Under the pieces are notes generated by a model that worked only from the letters and a program-made list of their open reading frames with translations, ran no database searches and was not told the origin of the DNA. Positions 37,736-48,268 of a stretch of 64,000 nucleotides of DNA are shown here, piece by piece. Position 1 is the stretch's first letter; the number at the start of each line of letters is the position of its first letter. Both the position numbers and the translations under genes were made by a program. Location of the stretch: assembly GCA_032128875.1 (NCBI GenBank), contig JAVLKG010000002.1, positions 704,001-768,000 of the forward strand, given 5' to 3'. The DNA is from Candidatus Melainabacteria bacterium 17Bon1m. GTDB lineage: Bacteria > Cyanobacteriota > Vampirovibrionia > Obscuribacterales > Obscuribacteraceae.

Positions 37736-38275
37736 ATGCATAAGCGACACGCTCCAGCCCGATTTGCGATACTGGCGGGTGCTTTGATTTTGGGAATTTT
37801 TCAGGCTTCGCCTGCCGTCTGTGCGAAGGATAAGGAAAATCCCGGTGCTTCACTGCCGATGCCATCAACCGTTAAACCGACTACTGAGTATCCGAAACCG
37901 AATCTGAGCTCTGAGGAACTTGAACGGCGAGGGCAAGAAATTGATGAGAAACGTCGTGAGTTGGATCGCGAACGTCGCGCTCTCGAAGAAAAGCGGCTAA
38001 ATCTGCAAGAGCCGCAACAAAAGATTGATGAGATCAGGTACAAACTTCAAGAAGAAAGATTGAATTTAGACAAGCAAAGGTCGGAATTAGATCGCTTGCG
38101 TGCGGAGCTTGATGAAAGGTGGAGACAGACGGACTTTCAACGTTTGCCGCTGGATAAGCAGCGATTGGAGATCGATGTTGCAGGTCGTAAGCTCGAATTG
38201 CAGAGGCTAGAACTTGATCGTCAACGCATTGCTGTTGAAGAACAGAAAAGAGCTTTGAGAGAAAAGCAGCAATAG
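37736..38275 (+). CDS. secreted coiled-coil protein
   Basis: GGAGAG RBS; signal peptide; long E/R/Q/L heptad repeats. Confidence 0.75.
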   Translation: MHKRHAPARFAILAGALILGIFQASPAVCAKDKENPGASLPMPSTVKPTTEYPKPNLSSEELERRGQEIDEKRRELDRERRALEEKRLNLQEPQQKIDEIRYKLQEERLNLDKQRSELDRLRAELDERWRQTDFQRLPLDKQRLEIDVAGRKLELQRLELDRQRIAVEEQKRALREKQQ

Positions 38276-38335
38276 TTTAGCGGTATAAATCCGGGCGATG
38301 CATGGCATCCATCCTCTTCCGCTCTGCAATTTGCA

Positions 38336-38935
38336 TTACACCATAGTCAACAAATCTGTTGGGCAGTTCCAGATTTTGATGGCTCTGGTTTCTCTTTCAT
38401 GCGTTAAAACTGAGATCGTGCTTGTGTCAAGCATGAAATGCTTGCCCTCTTGCGGAAGAAGCTTGAGCCAGGTTGCAGTGAGAATTCGCAAGATGTGTCC
38501 GTGAGCAAAAAGCGCGACTTTTCCGCCGATACCATCAGCGGTATCTATAACATTCTTGCAGCGCTTAGCAGCCTCATCTAAAGTTTCTCCAGCCGGGCAT
38601 GGATGTGTCCAGACAGTCCAGCCAGGAACTTCTTTGCGAATCTGATCGCTGGTGAGCCCTTCATAACTTCCGTAGTGAAACTCTTGAAGATCGTCACAGA
38701 TCTTGGTTTCTTTCATGCCCGCAAGCTCAGCCGTTTCACGTGCTCGTGAAAGAGGGCTAACCAAAACACCCGAGAAGTCAATGTGACTGATAGCGCTTTT
38801 GAGCGCTCTGGCCTGGTCTCTTCCCACATCCGTGAGGGGAATATCGGTGCGGCCGGTATGTTGTCCCAGTCGTGCCCATTCGGTTTGCCCATGCCGAAAG
38901 ATGTAGAGTGTTACAGGCTTTTTCTCGTTGTTCAT
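38336..38935 (-). CDS. histidine phosphatase family protein
   Basis: RHGQTEW, HTGRTDIPLT, SPLSRARET, FAHGH. Confidence 0.92.
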   Translation of the reverse strand: MNNEKKPVTLYIFRHGQTEWARLGQHTGRTDIPLTDVGRDQARALKSAISHIDFSGVLVSPLSRARETAELAGMKETKICDDLQEFHYGSYEGLTSDQIRKEVPGWTVWTHPCPAGETLDEAAKRCKNVIDTADGIGGKVALFAHGHILRILTATWLKLLPQEGKHFMLDTSTISVLTHERETRAIKIWNCPTDLLTMV

Positions 38936-39027
38936 TGGGCTCCTGAGGGCAAAAGGTGCTCCCTATAGCTATCTATGAGATGGCAGCGCTAGTTTACTAT
39001 GCACTATGGGTTGTAAAATAGGAGGCT

Positions 39028-39822
39028 ATGCAAATAGTCAATATCGCAGCTTACAAGTTCGTCGGCATCCCCGACCCTGCTGCCTGGCAACCAGTACTCA
39101 AAGAACGATGCGATGCTCTCCACTTGAAGGGCACAGTTTTGCTCGCGACCGAAGGAATCAATCTTTTCCTTGCGGGTAGCCGTGATGCAATAGACGAGTT
39201 TTTGAAATTTCTGCAAACCGACGAGTTTTTTGGCGGACGCTTCACCGAACTCGAGGTAAAGGAAAGCTTTTCCACAAATCAGCCTTTCCGCAAAATGGTG
39301 GTGCGCATTGCAGCGGAGATCATCACAATGCGCCATCCAATGATTCAGCCAGAATCGCGACGCGCACCACACGTAGATGCTCATACGCTTAAGAAGTGGC
39401 TTGATCAGGGGCGTGACGACGAAGGACGCGAACTCATTCTCTTAGATACTCGCAATGACTTTGAAGTCGAAATGGGCACTTTTGAAAATGCGCTTGACCT
39501 TCATATCGAAAAGTTTAGCGATTTCCCCGAAGCAATTTCGTCCACAATGGATAAAGCTGTCAATGGACTCAACGATAAAACGATCGTGTCTTTCTGCACT
39601 GGTGGTATTCGCTGCGAAAAGGCTGCCTTGTATCTAGAGGAAAAAGGACATCCAAAAGTGTTGCAGCTTGACGGTGGCATCCTGCGCTATTTCGAAGAAG
39701 TTGGTGGCGCACACTGGCAAGGCGAGTGTTTTGTGTTTGATGAGAGAGTTTCGCTCGATCCTGGCCTTAAGGCGAGTGGAAAAACTCTCGCAGATCGCCG
39801 TGAGAAGAAAGCAAAAAATTAG
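39028..39822 (+). CDS. trhO: tRNA U34 hydroxylase TrhO (UPF0176/YceA) rhodanese-domain protein
   Basis: LKGTVLLATEGIN, LDTRNDFEVEMGTF, FCTGGIRCEKA, QLDGGILRY, CFVFDERV. Confidence 0.88.
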   Translation: MQIVNIAAYKFVGIPDPAAWQPVLKERCDALHLKGTVLLATEGINLFLAGSRDAIDEFLKFLQTDEFFGGRFTELEVKESFSTNQPFRKMVVRIAAEIITMRHPMIQPESRRAPHVDAHTLKKWLDQGRDDEGRELILLDTRNDFEVEMGTFENALDLHIEKFSDFPEAISSTMDKAVNGLNDKTIVSFCTGGIRCEKAALYLEEKGHPKVLQLDGGILRYFEEVGGAHWQGECFVFDERVSLDPGLKASGKTLADRREKKAKN

Positions 39823-39833
39823 GAGTTGAATCA

Positions 39834-40334
39834 ATGGTGCATCGCGTGAATAGCATGCTGTTATCTTTGGCTTTGCTCGTGTTTTCGGCGTGGTCGATAC
39901 CTTCAGTGTCTGCGAAGGAACCCAGCGCACCTGCCCTCACCGTCGGCTATCGAAGCACTTCCAAGTCCGCTAAAGAAATTGCCGCTCTGGTGGCGCGTCA
40001 AGAAAAAGCATGGAACAAAGGAGATTTGGACGCGTTTCTCAATGACTATTTGAGATCATCTCAAGTGACCTATGTCTCCAATGGAAATGTAAAACGTGGA
40101 TACGACGCCATTCGTGAGCACTATTTGAAACGCTATGGTAACAGCAAGGCTTCAATGGGACAGTTGCGACTTTCTGATCTCGAAGTCACTGATATCGGCG
40201 ACAAACATGTTTTGTGTATAGGAAAATTCACTGTTTTCCATCATGCGCATGTTCCAATCTACGGCAGATTTAGCTTGATCTTCGTTAAGAGCAAAGGCGA
40301 ATGGAAGATTATGTATGACCACAGCTCTCAATAA
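39834..40334 (+). CDS. secreted NTF2/SnoaL-like protein (DUF4440/YybH-like)
   Basis: QEKAWNKGDLDAF...MGQL...GRFSLIF..WKIMYDHSS. Confidence 0.85.
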   Translation: MVHRVNSMLLSLALLVFSAWSIPSVSAKEPSAPALTVGYRSTSKSAKEIAALVARQEKAWNKGDLDAFLNDYLRSSQVTYVSNGNVKRGYDAIREHYLKRYGNSKASMGQLRLSDLEVTDIGDKHVLCIGKFTVFHHAHVPIYGRFSLIFVKSKGEWKIMYDHSSQ

Positions 40335-40337
40335 GAA

Positions 40338-41633
40338 CTAGCGCTTTTCCTGCGTAACTACTTCCTTTTTGCTCTCAGGATTCTTCTTAGACAGTGCCGA
40401 GCGGAATAGTTCAATCGTCGAGCGCTTAATGTGATTGATCGTCTGTGCCAGCGGGTTTAGACCAAGTACGCGATAAACGTCATAAAGCCTGATAAGGAAA
40501 AAGCGCGTCTTCATTGCGCAATATACTTTGTCTTCTCTGGCGCCTTCCAGCTCTGGTCTGTACTTGAGTTTGTGTCTGGCTAGATTTTTGAAGTTGTATA
40601 AGAAGTTGGCACGCTCGAACGCATATTTAAAGTGCGCTTTCAATAACTTGCTGTGCTTAAACTCTTGCGAATCGTCGACTTTGGCTAGAGGCGAGAGACC
40701 AAGCGATAGGTCGCGTTTGCCCTCTTGCTTGAATTTATCGATTGCTTCCAAAATGATGAAGTCGACAATCGAGTATGTTCTTTCCAGATTTGTCCGTAAG
40801 TGGTTGGCGATGTATCCGACTACTTTTCCATCTTCATACATGGGATCGAAGATGACAAATCCCACTACTTCATTATCTTTGATGGCAACGAATTTTCTCA
40901 CATCAATTTCGTCCACGAAAACAACAGGACGAACAATGAATTGCATTTCGTTGTCGCTGATGACTTTCTCTTTCATCCAGCCATCGCTGATTTTCTTGAA
41001 CGATTTCAGCATGGCATCATCAACGGTGTCAATCTCAACTACAGTAAGATTGTCTTTCTTTGCGCCGTTCCGTGCGTTTCTCAATTGCTGTTTTTTGTTT
41101 CCAACTGTATTGAACTTTTGAATTTCAATGACTGTTTCAACGCCTAATTCGTTAACGGAAAATCCCATTTCGTTGAGAATTTTGCCTGTGTCATGCGAGA
41201 TATGAAGGAAAACAGGATCACTCTTCTCTTTCAAGAACTCTTCGATAAGTGCTTTCATGTTTTCCTTGCTGCAAATTGGATCAGCAAGAACGCAAACGGA
41301 ATTCGGACCATCACGCAAAGGGGTGTAAGCGACATAACCTAGCTCCGGATGCATGAAATACTGCAATCCCTTTTGCAGTGACGAATACGCGAGCGATCCG
41401 TATCCATGCCGTTGCAGCTTTTCAATGCGGAATTTCGCAGTCTCAGTGCTGTGTTTTAGCGCACTCATTGCGGTTTGGAGCTTTTCCTGATTCGCTTTCA
41501 TAGCTTTCAAGGTCATGCCCAGCTGACCTCTAGTGAATTTCAAGGTCGGCGGTGACGCTACTGCTGCTTTCTTCTTCTCGTCCACTTGGTGAAACTCCCT
41601 CTTCGGTTGTCGCTTGAACTGTTGCAGTGTCAT
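40338..41633 (-). CDS. stand-alone DUF2156 (aminoacyl-phosphatidylglycerol synthase C-terminal, GNAT-like) protein
   Basis: VLADPIC, LGVETVI, GNKKQQLRNARN, LSLGLSPLA, YNFKNLARHKLKY; no TM domain. Confidence 0.75.
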   Translation of the reverse strand: MTLQQFKRQPKREFHQVDEKKKAAVASPPTLKFTRGQLGMTLKAMKANQEKLQTAMSALKHSTETAKFRIEKLQRHGYGSLAYSSLQKGLQYFMHPELGYVAYTPLRDGPNSVCVLADPICSKENMKALIEEFLKEKSDPVFLHISHDTGKILNEMGFSVNELGVETVIEIQKFNTVGNKKQQLRNARNGAKKDNLTVVEIDTVDDAMLKSFKKISDGWMKEKVISDNEMQFIVRPVVFVDEIDVRKFVAIKDNEVVGFVIFDPMYEDGKVVGYIANHLRTNLERTYSIVDFIILEAIDKFKQEGKRDLSLGLSPLAKVDDSQEFKHSKLLKAHFKYAFERANFLYNFKNLARHKLKYRPELEGAREDKVYCAMKTRFFLIRLYDVYRVLGLNPLAQTINHIKRSTIELFRSALSKKNPESKKEVVTQEKR

Positions 41634-41945
41634 CCCGCCGATTACACGGACAAACCAACCGGCGCCCTGAATGCTCGACGTTTATTACTGTAAGCCCCTT
41701 CACTACTATACAACAGGTGAATGTTCGGATTGCCCAGCGGTTGGCGACCCTGCTGGTTGTTAAGAGGCGGCACGCGCCGCTTCATTTATACTGTGTGCGA
41801 CCCGATTGAAAGATTCTTTGCATCCCGGAAAGCTTGATTAGACGAGGCTTGAGGATTTTTCACTGTTTCGGAATACAATTAATGGATTCCGGCAGCGTTT
41901 TTCTGGAATGGTTTCCGAACTCCCTAACCTTTGCGTTGAATACCC

Positions 41946-43652
41946 ATGTCTCGCTTTACTGCCAGAATCAAGTTTTTGATAGTGTCCGCAGCCGTCGCAG
42001 CCAGCGCGACTTGTTCCCTATGTTACAGTCCGGGAGCTTTCGCTCAGGATGCCGTCTGGTCATCTATGTACGACGTGGCTGCTAAAGCTTTCGAAGATGA
42101 TGATTTGGCGCGAGCCGAAAAGTTGACGCTTGAAACAGTCGAAGAAGCTGAGTCACTTCCTAAAGATGGAAATCAGCTCGTCAAAACACTTGCACTTCTC
42201 CAGAAGATTTACGCGGCTGAAAAGAAGCAAGTCGAAGCAGATAAGATTGCCGCGCGCATAGAATCGCTTGGCGGATGCAAAGAACCTCCCAAACGCGCTG
42301 TTCGCAGAGCGACTCCTAAGATTGAAGAAAAGCCTAGGGATGAGGAGCAAACGTCAGAGGGCTCTGATGAAAAAGTGAGCGCAAAAGCGGAAGAAAAAGC
42401 AACCTTGAAGGCGGAAGACAAAACGTCCGCGAAAGCTGAAGAGAAAACTTTGGCAAAGTCCGATGAGAAAGCATCATCAAAAGCTGACGAAGAGACGGAA
42501 GCTCCTAAGAAGAGTGAGACTTCGAAAAAATTAGCCGAGAGCAAAACAGATAAAGGCAACGAAAGCAAAGGACTCAAACGAGGGACACAAGCTGACCCTC
42601 TGCAGTTTGAAGTTTCCACAAAGCCTGATGGAAAGAAAGAAGAAGCACCTGCAAAAACGTCCACGAAGGGTGATGAGCCGGAGCTAAACATCGAGCGAGA
42701 ATTGAGAGATTCGCAAGTTGCGTCTTCTGCTACCAGTCAAGTAAAGACTGAGGGCAACGCGCAGATCTATAAATTGAAAGAAGTGATGAAGCTTGAAGGG
42801 CACATGGGATGGAGCAAATGTGTCGATATTTCACCTGACGCAACTCAAGCCCTTTCCGGAAGCGCCGACAATACGATGAGACTTTGGGATCTCACTACAG
42901 GAAAAGAGATTCAGAAGTTCGAAGGGCATGATGAACCCGTCAATAGCGTCGCGTTTTCTCCATCCGCTGACCGAGCTTTATCGGGTAGCAGTGACAAGAC
43001 AGTTCGTCTCTGGGATCTCGAGGCCGGAACTGTAATCAGAAAATTTCTCGGTCACGAAAACATCGTCACTTGTGTGGCATTTGCACCAACCGGAACTTTG
43101 ATTGCATCAGGTAGTTATGACGGTACTGTGCGTATATGGGATACGCAAACAGGCAAAGAAGTGAGCAGAATGGAAGGCAGTCTTGGAACAGTTAAGTGCC
43201 TTGCGTTTGCTCCTGACGCTGACGAAATCATATCTGGTGGCACAGACAAATTGCTGACGTTGTGGAATGTGAAAAGCGGTAAGAAGATCAGAACCTTTTC
43301 TGGACACTCTGCCGAAGTTGCAACTTGTGCAATCTCAGATGACGGCAGCCGAGTAGTTTCGGCGGGGCGCGATACGACAGTTAGAGTTTGGGATACGGAC
43401 TCTGGCGAAGAGCTGAAGTCTATGACCGGTCATACGAATTGGGTCGTCAAAACTCGATTCATTGCAGTCGATAAGGCGATTTCGGGTGGTCTCGACAAGA
43501 CTTTTAGAATTTGGGATATCGACGAAGGACGGGAGGAAAGAATCTTCAACCTCCAGCACTTCGGTATGTGGAGTCTGGGATTCTCAGAACTTGGTGACAA
43601 AGCAATCACGGGAAGCGATGACTTCACCTTGCGCGTCTGGCAGATGAAGTAA
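41946..43652 (+). CDS. secreted WD40-repeat protein with acidic/Lys-rich linker
   Basis: Signal peptide; about seven GH...SGS.D.T.R.WD repeats. Confidence 0.9.
   Translation: MSRFTARIKFLIVSAAVAASATCSLCYSPGAFAQDAVWSSMYDVAAKAFEDDDLARAEKLTLETVEEAESLPKDGNQLVKTLALLQKIYAAEKKQVEADKIAARIESLGGCKEPPKRAVRRATPKIEEKPRDEEQTSEGSDEKVSAKAEEKATLKAEDKTSAKAEEKTLAKSDEKASSKADEETEAPKKSETSKKLAESKTDKGNESKGLKRGTQADPLQFEVSTKPDGKKEEAPAKTSTKGDEPELNIERELRDSQVASSATSQVKTEGNAQIYKLKEVMKLEGHMGWSKCVDISPDATQALSGSADNTMRLWDLTTGKEIQKFEGHDEPVNSVAFSPSADRALSGSSDKTVRLWDLEAGTVIRKFLGHENIVTCVAFAPTGTLIASGSYDGTVRIWDTQTGKEVSRMEGSLGTVKCLAFAPDADEIISGGTDKLLTLWNVKSGKKIRTFSGHSAEVATCAISDDGSRVVSAGRDTTVRVWDTDSGEELKSMTGHTNWVVKTRFIAVDKAISGGLDKTFRIWDIDEGREERIFNLQHFGMWSLGFSELGDKAITGSDDFTLRVWQMK
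42366..42494 (+). repeat. degenerate 24-bp intragenic repeat (EKxxAKAE)
   Basis: EKVSAKAE/EKATLKAE/DKTSAKAE/EKTLAKSD/EKASSKAD. Confidence 0.7.
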
Positions 43653-43672
43653 GCGACCTAAATGCTAGCGGG

Positions 43673-46363
43673 CTAGCGACCTCGTTTTCCCTTTCTTGGT
43701 GGCGCCGGCTTGGCAGATTTTCCTTGTTCGCCAACTGAAGCAGTGGCGCTTTGTTTTGGATCGTCTGGAAGATCGATGCTGCCAATTCCTTTGCTAGGAT
43801 GCGCTGGCGGAACGCCGATGATCAACTCATCACCTTCCCATTTGCTCTTCATGACGGGATTTTGCAACACTCCGCGATCTCGCATAACTTCTCGTTGAAC
43901 TTCTTCATTCAAGTAGGTAAATGCGTCGCCAAGTCTGGTCATTTTGCCGTTTTTTCTCAAACCTTCGATCAAGTGCTTTGTAAACACACTTCCTTGATAT
44001 CGCTTCGACTCCCATGACCGTTGTTCTGGGCTGCTGGACGAAAGTACTAATTGACCTGTGCCTTGTACGATGGATTCAACGTTGACGTTTGCAGCACGGC
44101 CCAAACCTTTGGCGCTGGGTGCTGCGTTGCCGCTGTGGCATGCATCAAGAAGAACCATAACGCGGTCGCAATGCACACGCTCTTTGATGATGCGTGATAG
44201 ATCTTGCATTGCGATGCCGGTTACATACAAATCGTTGACGTCGGTATCGTGTGCCACCAAGTAGTTGACACCACCAACGTCGAGACTCGACGGACTGCCG
44301 TGGCTCGAAAAGTAGATAACGACAAGATCGTCAGGCTCAGCTACACGAGGCAACCATTTGTTGCCGAGCAGGGAGAGAATATTTGCACGAGTCGCAGTAC
44401 TGTCTGTGAGCAACTGCACATGGTCCGGTGCGAAGTTTTTCTCCGTAACCAGAAAGTCGTAAAAGTCTTTCGCATCTTTTGCGCAATAGTGCAAGTTGAT
44501 GCTGGAGTCTTTGAAATTGCTTATTCCGACGATGAGAGCCCATTTGTCACGAATAGGCTTGTTGTTGGAATTCTTTTGCGACGATCCGATTGCCGCGGAA
44601 GCCGCTTCTTCCACATTGCGGGTGACAACAACCGGCTCTTGTGATGCACCTTGCTGCTGTTGCTGTGCAAGTTCTTCTGCTTGTTGCGCCGCACGTTTTC
44701 TCTTCTTGAATGATTCGATAGCTCGTTCGGCTTTGCGTGAAAGATCGCCGGTAAACGCACGTTCGTTCATGCCAGTCACGGCTCTAGCCATGCGAGTATC
44801 GACAAGTATGGCGCCGGCTTCTTCTTGATTGGAAGAGTTGATCAGTACCTTCGCACAGTCTTCGAGATTGAAGATGGCGAACTTTCCTGTACCGTCCGCG
44901 CTGTTTTTGAGTTTGCCTAAGGCAGTTCGGAATAACGCTTCAGCTTTTGTTGCCTGTCGTTTTTTCAAGTAAACGCGACCCAGCATCATGTAGCTGTAGT
45001 ACAGCTTCGGATCGTTCTTGCTCATTTGCTTTTCTTTGATCGCTAGTGCGCGTTTTTCCATTGCTTCAGCTGTATCGCTGTTGTTATCGCCAAGTTCGAT
45101 CAACGCTGACTGTTCTAGGAGATCTGCCAGTGCAATATCTTTTTCGCCTTTCGCTTCTTTGGCACTAATTGCCTCTTGAAGCTGCTGTTTTTTGTTCGCC
45201 ACATATTGAGCGCCAAAATTCTTCGCCTCGCCTATGTCCGAAACTGCACCACTGCTGTCGCCGATTGCCATTCGGGCCATTGCCCGAGTGTAAAAACCTT
45301 CGGCAGTTTTCTCGCCGTTTAGCGCAGCATCGAGATCTTTCTGTGCGCTGATGTATTCGCCCTGCGCAACGTATGCCGCCGCGCGATCCATGAGCGCCGG
45401 ACTGTATTTCGGATTTTGGCGAATCGCTTCACTGAGGTCTACGATTGCACCCTTCGCATCGCCCTTGCTGAGCTTCAAATGTCCCAGATGATAACGGGTA
45501 GTTGCTTCATCAGCTTTCCATGCCGATGCTTCTTGTAAGTCAGCGATAGCTTTGTCGGTTTCGCCCAACTGTGCATAAGCGAGTCCGCGTTGTAGGAAGT
45601 ATTCTCCGTTTTTGCGGCTACCTTTCAAATTTTTACTGTAATAGGCAATCACCTGCTTGAAGTTTTCCTCGGCAGAGCCTTTGCTGCCCTTTTTCATTTG
45701 CACTTCCGCAAGCTGGAATCGCAATGCAGTGGCGCCGGACTTGTTCTTTTTGAGGAGGTACTCATAATCTTCGATAGCGCCATCCAGATCATTGGACAGC
45801 GCTCGGCAATCTGCACGTTCCTTAATTGCATCGAACGAACCTGGATCGAGCTTCAATGCTGTCGAGTAATCGTTAATAGCCTTTTGGTAATCGCCGATCT
45901 TCTTGTACGCGGCGGCTCGGTTCATAAGTGCAGAAGAGTTCTTCGGGCTCAATCGCAAAGCTTGCGAATAGTCTTCGACCGCCGGCGCATAATCATTTTG
46001 CTTGGCGTGGAGTTCGCCGCGCTTGATGAAAGATTCAACCACGTTGGGGTTAATCTTGATTGCCTGGTCATAATCAGCCAGGGCTCCCTCATAGTCTTTC
46101 AGCTCAGACCGCGCGGCTGCCCTGTTTAGGTAGGCTTCATAGACATTCGGATTGTCCCGAAGTACCAGTGTAAATGACGCGACGGCGCTCTCATAGTCTT
46201 TTTTGACCATCTGGTACAGCCCGCGGGTCAAATCCTTCTGATAAGTCTTTGAGTCCGAGAATGCCGGCTGTGTCGTAGCGGTAAATCCGGTTACGATAAA
46301 AACGCTCAAAGCCAAAGCTGTTGCGCCTATTCGGTAGAAGTCCTTCACTTTATTGCCCCACAC
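43673..46363 (-). CDS. secreted TPR-repeat protein with C-terminal caspase-like (peptidase C14) domain
   Basis: Signal peptide; many TPRs; KWALIVGI, YFSSHG (His), LDACHSG (Cys), SVFTKHL. Confidence 0.9.
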   Translation of the reverse strand: MWGNKVKDFYRIGATALALSVFIVTGFTATTQPAFSDSKTYQKDLTRGLYQMVKKDYESAVASFTLVLRDNPNVYEAYLNRAAARSELKDYEGALADYDQAIKINPNVVESFIKRGELHAKQNDYAPAVEDYSQALRLSPKNSSALMNRAAAYKKIGDYQKAINDYSTALKLDPGSFDAIKERADCRALSNDLDGAIEDYEYLLKKNKSGATALRFQLAEVQMKKGSKGSAEENFKQVIAYYSKNLKGSRKNGEYFLQRGLAYAQLGETDKAIADLQEASAWKADEATTRYHLGHLKLSKGDAKGAIVDLSEAIRQNPKYSPALMDRAAAYVAQGEYISAQKDLDAALNGEKTAEGFYTRAMARMAIGDSSGAVSDIGEAKNFGAQYVANKKQQLQEAISAKEAKGEKDIALADLLEQSALIELGDNNSDTAEAMEKRALAIKEKQMSKNDPKLYYSYMMLGRVYLKKRQATKAEALFRTALGKLKNSADGTGKFAIFNLEDCAKVLINSSNQEEAGAILVDTRMARAVTGMNERAFTGDLSRKAERAIESFKKRKRAAQQAEELAQQQQQGASQEPVVVTRNVEEAASAAIGSSQKNSNNKPIRDKWALIVGISNFKDSSINLHYCAKDAKDFYDFLVTEKNFAPDHVQLLTDSTATRANILSLLGNKWLPRVAEPDDLVVIYFSSHGSPSSLDVGGVNYLVAHDTDVNDLYVTGIAMQDLSRIIKERVHCDRVMVLLDACHSGNAAPSAKGLGRAANVNVESIVQGTGQLVLSSSSPEQRSWESKRYQGSVFTKHLIEGLRKNGKMTRLGDAFTYLNEEVQREVMRDRGVLQNPVMKSKWEGDELIIGVPPAHPSKGIGSIDLPDDPKQSATASVGEQGKSAKPAPPRKGKRGR

Positions 46364-46459
46364 TGAAGGTATCGAATGAATTGCTTTGCGTACGCTGGTA
46401 CGCGAGACTCCAGCTTTTTATTCCCTAAAAAGCACTCCTGGCAAACAGAATACTTAGGC

Positions 46460-48127
46460 CTACGGGCTTTCTGCTCTTTTTAGGGAGGGGAAGAGGCAGG
46501 CGCAGCCGAAAGTCGTGAGCGCGCCGACGAAAATTCGGAAGGGGAAGGCGATTTGGGGAATCTGAAAACTAGCTTTAATCGACAAGCAATGACAGATCAG
46601 GTCGGGCAACCCTGAAAGAACCGCGACGGCTGCAAATCCGACCCCCATGGCAATGAGATTCCCGACATCATTGCCCCTGCTCTTGGTCAATAAGCCTACT
46701 AGAAAAATTCCCAGCAATGAGCCATAGGTATAACCAAATATGCCGAGGACGATTGGAATTATCCGCGACTCTGGATGTTCGATGACAAAGTAAGCAGTTG
46801 CACTGGCGACGACGATCATTAGGGCAGCAAAAACATAGGTAAATCGACGAACAACTTGCACAGCCTCGCTTTCTTCTTCCTCTTCTTCTGTTTTTTTGCC
46901 TGCTGAAACTCCTTCAGAAGCTGGATCTTTGGTCCCATTAGCTGCGCCTGAATTCGAACTCGATGATTTGTGCCAGTCGCGTGTGTAGCTGGTGGCGAGT
47001 GCGTTCAATGCCGCGCTCAGGGAGCCCATAGAAGTGGCAAAAATTCCTGCAATAAGCAGACCGCGAAGTCCGACGGGAAGGTCTTGCAAAATAAAGTATG
47101 CGAAAACCTCGTTTGTCTTTGCCGGTAAGTTTGGATCGTGGTGAGCTTGAAAAAACAGGCTCATTAGAATGCCAATTGTCAGGAATATGAAACCAATCGG
47201 CAAATCTGCGATGCCGGAAAGCACAAGGGACAATCGACTTTTCTTATAGTCCGGTGCAGTAAGCATACGCTGAACCATATCTTGATCAGTTCCGTGCGTA
47301 GCAAGAGTGGTAAATGTCATGCCGACGAGCGCGGCCCAAATGGTGTACTCAGACGTAAGAATGTCGAGCAAATTGTTCGAAAACGATTCACCACTAGTAG
47401 TGCCACTGGTAATCAGCGCTAATTTGCCACTATTAATCAGGGCATTAAGGGTATCTAGTTTTCCGAGATTTTTAAGCTCGCTAAGCAGCACTAAGATTGC
47501 ACCAATGGCGCCAGAAAACATGACTGTTGACTGAATGCAATCCGTCCAGATAACTGCTTTGATACCACCCATAGAGGTGTAGATAGCTGTAAGGACCGTA
47601 ATTAGGATTATCGAACCCATGTATATTGCGAGCTGCTCGCCGTGGGTGGGTTGAGCACCGCGCACAATAGTAAATCCGACTGCAAGGACGATTGCAGCAA
47701 CATAGAGTCTCGCTCCCGATGCGAGAGTTCTTGTGATAAGGAAGATCGCTGAGGCTGCCTTGCGGGTTTTTTCTCCAAAACGCCATTGAAGAAATTCGTA
47801 AATTGAAAACACCTTCAATTCATAGAAAGGTTTGATGAAAAGAAACGCCACGACTATGCGGCCGATAATGGTGCCAAATACTAGTTGCAAAAACGTGTAA
47901 TTGAGAAGCTTGTATCCTTCACCTGGCGTACCAAGAAAAGTGGCAGCACTTGTCTCAGCTGCAATGATTGAAGCTAGTACGGCCCACCACGGAATCGATC
48001 TGCCGCCAAGCGCGAAAGACTCTAAGCTCTTTTCTTTCTCTGCAAATCTCAAGCCGACAAACATGACCGCGGCAAAGTACGCCAGGATTACTGCGATGTC
48101 GATTGCAATTTGAAATCCTGAATTCAT
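46460..48127 (-). CDS. sodium:solute symporter family protein
   Basis: GGRSIPWWA, AETSAATFLGTPG, GGIKAVIWTD, HGTDQDMVQRML. Confidence 0.92.
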   Translation of the reverse strand: MNSGFQIAIDIAVILAYFAAVMFVGLRFAEKEKSLESFALGGRSIPWWAVLASIIAAETSAATFLGTPGEGYKLLNYTFLQLVFGTIIGRIVVAFLFIKPFYELKVFSIYEFLQWRFGEKTRKAASAIFLITRTLASGARLYVAAIVLAVGFTIVRGAQPTHGEQLAIYMGSIILITVLTAIYTSMGGIKAVIWTDCIQSTVMFSGAIGAILVLLSELKNLGKLDTLNALINSGKLALITSGTTSGESFSNNLLDILTSEYTIWAALVGMTFTTLATHGTDQDMVQRMLTAPDYKKSRLSLVLSGIADLPIGFIFLTIGILMSLFFQAHHDPNLPAKTNEVFAYFILQDLPVGLRGLLIAGIFATSMGSLSAALNALATSYTRDWHKSSSSNSGAANGTKDPASEGVSAGKKTEEEEEESEAVQVVRRFTYVFAALMIVVASATAYFVIEHPESRIIPIVLGIFGYTYGSLLGIFLVGLLTKSRGNDVGNLIAMGVGFAAVAVLSGLPDLICHCLSIKASFQIPQIAFPFRIFVGALTTFGCACLFPSLKRAESP

Positions 48128-48268
48128 CGTTCCGGATAGATCTATACGCCCACGTGTACAATCATTTTACCGAGTGTGAGCACGAGAACAGCGCTTTTCT
48201 TTTCCAGATGAACGTTCTAATTAGTAAGATGCATGAGATGCCGTCGCATGATTGCTTATGTTGTCGGA

